Source: Chloroflexota bacterium
GTDB taxonomy: Bacteria; Chloroflexota; Limnocylindria; Limnocylindrales; CSP1-4
Direction: 5' to 3'
NCBI GenBank assembly: GCA_031431395.1
Contig: JANPDJ010000026.1
Location: 1-59,639, forward strand
Length of the DNA stretch: 59,639 nt
The position numbers and the translations under genes were made by a program. The notes beneath the pieces were generated by a model. It was not told where the DNA came from and did not search any database. It worked only from the letters and a program-made list of their open reading frames with translations. Below, piece after piece: positions 52,736 to 59,639 of the stretch. How positions within the stretch are numbered: position 1 is the stretch's first letter; the number at the start of each line of letters is the position of its first letter.

Positions 52736-53824
52736 GTGTACGCGGATCAGTTCGACATCTACACCGGCAACGCCAACCCGGATCTGACCCGGAAGATCTG
52801 TCGCTACCTCAACGTCGAGTTGGGCGCGGCAGAGGTCTTCCAGTTCGCCAACGAGAACATCTTCGTCAAGATCCTGGACAACGTCCGCGAGAAGGACGTC
52901 TTCGTGGTGCAGCCCACGAGCCACCCCGTGAACCAGTCGATCATGGAACTGCTGATCATGATCGACGCCTTCAAGCGGGCGAGCGCCGGGCGGATCACCG
53001 CAGTCGTGCCGTACTACGCCTATGGCCGGTCGGACAAGAAGGACCAGCCGCGGGTGCCCATCACGGCCCGCCTCATCGCCGACATGATCACGGTCGCCGG
53101 GGCGGACCGCGTGCTGACGATGGACCTCCACCAGGGCCAGATCCAGGGCTTCTTCAACATCCCCGTGGACGAACTGACGGCCGTCCACCTCCTGTCGAAC
53201 TACTTCCGGTCCAAGCACCTCGAGGATCTCGTGGTTGTGACGGACCTCGGCTTTGCCAAGCGCGCCCGGTCGTTCGCGGAGATCCTGGACGCGCCGCTCG
53301 CGATTATCGAGAAGCGGCGGATCGGCAATCTCGACCGGGCCGAGCTGATGAACGTCATCGGCGACGTCCGCGGGAAGCGCGCGATCATCGTGGACGACGA
53401 GATCGACACGGCCGGCACGATGATGGAGATCGTGCGCGCCCTGGAGCGCGAGGGCGTCACGGAGATCTACGCCTGTGCCACCCATGGGGTGCTGTCAGAC
53501 CCGGCCGTCGAGCGCATCCGCGACTCGAGCATCCTCGAGGTCGTCCTGACGGATTCCATCCCGTTGCCGCCATCCAAGCGGATCAGCAAGATCAAGACCA
53601 TCGGCATCGCCGGACTGATCGGTGAAGCCATCAAGCGGATCCATCGCGGAGAGTCCGTGGGCGCCCTCTTCTCGTCCGAGGTCTCGCTCACACAGGAACT
53701 GCTCCTCTGGGAAGATGGCTACGCGCGCACCCTCGACACTCGTGCCGACGGCGACGAGGACCAGATCGGGATCGTGCCGGCAGCCGGCGCGGTCCAGCTG
53801 GCCACCACACCAGGAGACCGATGA
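52736..53824 (+). CDS. prs: Ribose-phosphate pyrophosphokinase with a roughly 40-aa C-terminal extension
   Basis: Motifs VVPYYAYGRSDKK, DLHQGQIQGFF, IIVDDEIDTAGT. GTG start with GAGGAG upstream. Confidence 0.93.
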   Translation: MYADQFDIYTGNANPDLTRKICRYLNVELGAAEVFQFANENIFVKILDNVREKDVFVVQPTSHPVNQSIMELLIMIDAFKRASAGRITAVVPYYAYGRSDKKDQPRVPITARLIADMITVAGADRVLTMDLHQGQIQGFFNIPVDELTAVHLLSNYFRSKHLEDLVVVTDLGFAKRARSFAEILDAPLAIIEKRRIGNLDRAELMNVIGDVRGKRAIIVDDEIDTAGTMMEIVRALEREGVTEIYACATHGVLSDPAVERIRDSSILEVVLTDSIPLPPSKRISKIKTIGIAGLIGEAIKRIHRGESVGALFSSEVSLTQELLLWEDGYARTLDTRADGDEDQIGIVPAAGAVQLATTPGDR

Positions 53825-54072
53825 GCCTGCAGCTGCACCGCCCGGACGGCCGCGGCGGCATTGAACGCCGGACGGTTCGCGAAGACGCGTGGCGCAAGTC
53901 CCTGCGGTCTCCGCGATGGGGCTCGGCCCGCAGGGGCGGCCAGCTTCCGGAGCTGAAGAATCCCGAGATGAACCCCACGTCCACCGTCATGTCCGTGTTG
54001 CTCTGGGTCGCGCTGGCGGGCGCAACGTTCGTGTCCCTGGTGGCCGGGTACACGATCGGGCTCTGGAAGTAG
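53821..54072 (+). CDS. Hypothetical small protein with one C-terminal TM helix
   Basis: ATGA overlap with the prs stop. The only recognisable feature is the hydrophobic helix VMSVLLWVALAGATFVSLVAGYTIGLW. The real start may be the internal ATG (MNPTST...). Confidence 0.3.
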   Translation: MSLQLHRPDGRGGIERRTVREDAWRKSLRSPRWGSARRGGQLPELKNPEMNPTSTVMSVLLWVALAGATFVSLVAGYTIGLWK

Positions 54073-54089
54073 GGCGGGCGCTCCCTCGC

Positions 54090-54323
54090 ATGGTGAAGAA
54101 GCGCGGCTCCGTGGCATCCGGCCTGACGTCGGTCGTCGGCGGGATGCTGGTTGGGCTCGACGAGCAACTCCTCCGCTCGACACCGCGCGCGGAGGTCCTG
54201 GTCAAGCGCGGGGACACCATCCGCGGACTGAGCGCCGAGGGCGGCACGCTGACCGTTGTCCTGCCCGACGCCCCGGTCAATCTCCCCACGAGCGACGGCC
54301 CCACACCCGCCGGCAGCCGCTGA
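54090..54323 (+). CDS. Hypothetical small protein (77 aa)
   Basis: An internal ATG of a longer track ORF. GC3-rich frame with an N-terminal hydrophobic segment. No family was recognised with confidence. Confidence 0.3.
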   Translation: MVKKRGSVASGLTSVVGGMLVGLDEQLLRSTPRAEVLVKRGDTIRGLSAEGGTLTVVLPDAPVNLPTSDGPTPAGSR

Positions 54324-54369
54324 ACCACGCCGGCGTTGCTGCGCGAGGAGGCGGCGCGGGACCCTCACC

Positions 54370-54375
54370 TATACT
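54370..54375 (+). promoter_or_regulatory. -10 TATACT 9 nt before the secA ATG (leaderless-type)
   Basis: TATACTGGCCGTCCCATG has the same geometry as the kinase promoter at 2677-2694. No SD. Confidence 0.35.
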
Positions 54376-54384
54376 GGCCGTCCC

Positions 54385-57405
<3,021 letters not shown>

Positions 57406-57474
57406 CCGGCGGCACGAGGTGGAGACCTGCTGGCTAAGGGCGAGTCCAGAAGCCTGACGACGCGAAGCCGCCAC

Positions 57475-58128
57475 GTGATGCGCGACCTGCTGGTGCTCGC
57501 CATCGCCACTGCAACCGGCGTGGGAATCTTCGTCGGTTACGCGGCGTTCCGGGTGGACGAACAGGGCCGGCGCGACGAGCGGCGCCCCGCCGGTGCGATC
57601 GTCGTCCTGGGAGCTGCGCAATACGACGGGCGTCCATCAGGGGTCTACGCCGCGCGCCTGGACCATGCGGTCCAGCTCTACCTCGCCGGCATTGCGCCCT
57701 GGCTCGTGGTGACCGGCGGCAAGCTGCCCGGCGACCGGACAACGGAAGCTGCCGTGGGGCGTGCCTATGCGCTGGAGCGCGGCGTCCCGCCGGATCACAT
57801 CCTCGTGGAGGATGCCGGCCGATCCACGCTCGAGTCGCTCCGCTCCGTCGGCTTCATCCTGCGGGAACGCGGGATCGTGGATGCGGTGTTCGTCTCCGAC
57901 CGGACGCACATGCTCCGCGTTCTGCGTGTCGCCCGCGACGAAGGGATCGTCGCGTTCGGATCTCCCACGTCCACCGGCCCCAGCGACGCTGACCCCGAGC
58001 GCCGGCTGGCCGCCACGGTCCACGAACTGGGAGCACTGGGCGTGTACTTCCTGGCCGGCAACGCAGCGGGCGACGATTTCGGGCGGGCGGCCGACGCCTC
58101 AGCGGTCCGTGAGTCGGCTGTTCCGTAG
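57475..58128 (+). CDS. DUF218 (YdcF/ElyC/SanA-like) protein
   Basis: An N-terminal TM helix and IVVLGAAQYDGRPSGVYAARLDHAVQLYLAGIAPWLVVTGG, typical of DUF218. Confidence 0.75.
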   Translation: MMRDLLVLAIATATGVGIFVGYAAFRVDEQGRRDERRPAGAIVVLGAAQYDGRPSGVYAARLDHAVQLYLAGIAPWLVVTGGKLPGDRTTEAAVGRAYALERGVPPDHILVEDAGRSTLESLRSVGFILRERGIVDAVFVSDRTHMLRVLRVARDEGIVAFGSPTSTGPSDADPERRLAATVHELGALGVYFLAGNAAGDDFGRAADASAVRESAVP

Positions 58129-58161
58129 CGCGGAATGGCTCGCGTCTGGTGCTGAATCAGG

Positions 58162-58192
58162 GGCTGTTGTGCACAAAACAGCCACATTTTTG
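58162..58192 (+). terminator. Weak intrinsic terminator candidate after the DUF218 gene
   Basis: A 7-bp stem GGCTGTT / AACAGCC with an 8-nt loop, followed by ACATTTTTG. Confidence 0.35.
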
Positions 58193-58215
58193 TCCATCAG
58201 CGGCCCTTCGACCTC

Positions 58216-58244
58216 TTGGCTAGGCGGAACGTCGCCCGTATACT
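58216..58244 (+). promoter_or_regulatory. Candidate promoter TTGGCT-17 nt-TATACT for the small-ORF/prfB transcript
   Basis: The hexamers are at 58216-58221 and 58239-58244, in a locally AT-richer island. Confidence 0.45.
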
Positions 58245-58356
58245 TCCGATAACGCACCGCGTCCCGTCGCCCCCGGGGACCGGCCCGGCACTCACCGCCA
58301 TACACGCCCGCCACCCGCACCATCCTTCGCCACGCGCACCTGAGAGAGAGGGATTC

Positions 58357-58581
58357 GTGAAGCAGGCCGAGGAAGCATCGTTCGTCGACCTGATCGCGTG
58401 CGAGCGCGACTGTCGGACGTGCAGCTACGCGGCCGCACTCGATTGCGACGGAAACTGTGGAGTCTGTCCTCACAATGCGTACTGTCCCTGCGTGAACCCC
58501 GTCGTCGCCCGGAGCAAGACAGCGTTGCGGCTGATCGAGCTTCGTCCGATCCTGCTGCAAGACCTCCGGGTCCGGACCTAG
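58357..58581 (+). CDS. Cys-rich small protein candidate (74 aa, 8 Cys)
   Basis: The GTG is preceded by GAGAGAGAGGGA. The sequence is VKQAEEASFVDLIACERDCRTCSYAAALDCDGNCGVCPHNAYCPCVNPVV..., with two CX3CX2C motifs. I counted 58 of 74 third-codon positions as G/C. The TAG stop directly abuts the prfB GTG. No family was recognised. Confidence 0.4.
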   Translation: MKQAEEASFVDLIACERDCRTCSYAAALDCDGNCGVCPHNAYCPCVNPVVARSKTALRLIELRPILLQDLRVRT

Positions 58582-59639
58582 GTGGACGCGTCCGCCGTCC
58601 GGGACCTCGTCCAGCGGATCCGGTCGACCTCGGGGCGTCTTTGACCTTGCCGTAAAGGAACGGCACATCGCCGAACTCGAGGCGCTGACATCCGCCCCCG
58701 GGTTCTGGGACGACCAGCGGGCAGCCCAGAAGGTCCTTCGTCAGGCTGACGGACTGCGCACGGAGATCGCGACGTGGCGCGACCTCGAGGGTCGGGCGGA
58801 CAACCTCGTGGCGCTGCTGGAGTTGCTCGCCGAGGACGATGACCCGGAGCTCGTTGCGGAACTCGGCGGCGAATCCCGGGAGCTCGCCGGCGCCTTCGAG
58901 CGTGAGCGCACAGCGCTCCTGTTCTCCGGTGACTACGACGAGCGTGGCGCGCTCCTGATGATCAGCGCCGGCGCCGGCGGCACGGAGGCCACGGACTGGG
59001 CCGAGATGCTGTTGCGGATGTACCTCCGCTGGGCTGAACGGCACCGGTTCCGGACCGAGATCCTCGACCAGCAGGAGGGCGAGCAGGCCGGTCTCAAGAG
59101 CGTGACTGTCGCCATCGACGGGCGCGCGGCGTATGGCTGGCTGCGCGCAGAACGCGGCGTCCACCGCCTGGTGCGCATCTCGCCCTTCGACTCCCAGAAG
59201 CGTCGGCAGACGACGTTCGCGCTCGTTGAACTGCTGCCCGAGGCGGAGGACGACGTCGAGATCGAGTTGAACTGGGACCTGGTCCGCGTCGACACGTTCC
59301 GCGCCCAGGGAGCCGGCGGCCAGCACGTGAACAAGACCGATTCCGCGGTCCGCCTCACCCACCAGCCGCCGGGCATCGTCGCGCAGAGCCAGAACGAACG
59401 GTCGCAGACGCAGAACAAGGAGACGGCGATCAAGGTCCTGAAGGCGCGTCTGCTGGAGCGCGCGCTGGAAGAGAAGGAGGCCGCGCTGCGGACCCTGAAG
59501 GGCGAGCACGTGGAGGCCGGCTGGGGCAACCAGATCCGCAGCTACGTCCTCCACCCCTACCAGATGGTGAAGGACCTGCGCACGGGGTACGAAACCTCCA
59601 ATACCGCCGCGGTCCTCGACGGCGACCTCGACGTCTTCA
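58582..59639 (+). CDS. prfB: Peptide chain release factor 2, programmed +1 frameshift, 3'-truncated by the window edge
   Basis: Frame 0 (58582-58641) encodes VDASAVRDLVQRIRSTSGRL and is followed by an in-frame TGA. The +1 frame from 58643 encodes DLAVKERHIAELEAL...SPF...GAGGQHVNKTDSAVR and stays open to the window end. Confidence 0.9.
58632..58645 (+). other. RF2 +1 frameshift site: GGGG-CGU-CUU-UGA-C
   Basis: A canonical CUU UGA C slippery/stop context (CUU at 58639-58641, UGA at 58642-58644), with an SD-like GGGG 3 nt upstream. Confidence 0.85.

Noticed and set aside
50642-53485. A 947-aa minus-strand ORF, the longest in the track.
   Set aside because: It lies antisense to gyrA and prs, which have unmistakable family motifs. 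Its translation is Arg/Asp/Gly/Val-rich with no recognisable domain. This is a typical stop-poor antisense frame in high-GC DNA.
58216-58356. A TTG-initiated 121-aa version of the Cys-rich ORF.
   Set aside because: The TTG coincides with the -35 hexamer of the candidate promoter, so it would lie upstream of the transcript start. The His/Pro/Arg-rich N-terminal part looks non-coding. The GTG at 58357 has an SD.

Overview
This is a high-GC, very gene-dense bacterial chromosomal segment. Many genes share start/stop overlaps, and the strong GC3 bias also produces many long spurious antisense ORFs. I can support about 60 protein genes. I saw no rRNA, tRNA, CRISPR array, transposase or integrase. 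Most of the window is a conserved housekeeping backbone in a Terrabacteria-like (Actinomycetota/Chloroflexota/Firmicutes-type) order. On the minus strand: DUF2344-rplU-rpmA-rpmE-DUF1385-prfA-prmC-HAD-tsaC, then glyA-wecA-atpI/B/E/F/H/A/G/D/C-murA-mreB-PHP-LPG-synthase-like, and separately mreD-mrdA-rodA. On the plus strand: parA-parB-gyrB-[hotdog thioesterase]-[AlkD-like]-gyrA-prs, then secA, a DUF218 gene and prfB with its canonical +1 frameshift. The only accessory-looking block is 2.7-13.0 kb, a monoderm-type Tad/Flp pilus locus. It holds three tandem Flp prepilins (two are below the ORF-track size cutoff), then cpaB, cpaE/tadZ, cpaF/tadA, tadB, tadC and a DUF192 gene. This locus is headed by, and translationally coupled to, a regulatory triad: a soluble DegS-like histidine kinase, a NarL/LuxR response regulator, and a second HisKA_3 protein that keeps the phospho-His box but lacks recognisable ATP-binding boxes. 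That triad, together with a CpaE that carries an apparently functional receiver domain, is my best candidate for an undescribed system. I cannot confirm novelty without database searches. Other items worth a second look: two extra genes translationally coupled between gyrB and gyrA, inside a six-gene parA-to-gyrA chain; a Cys-rich small ORF that ends in TAG directly against the prfB start; a perfect 17-nt direct repeat carrying the -35 of the atp promoter; a near-consensus parS; several leaderless-type promoters; MurA with Asp at the fosfomycin-target Cys position; and GyrA with Val at position 83.
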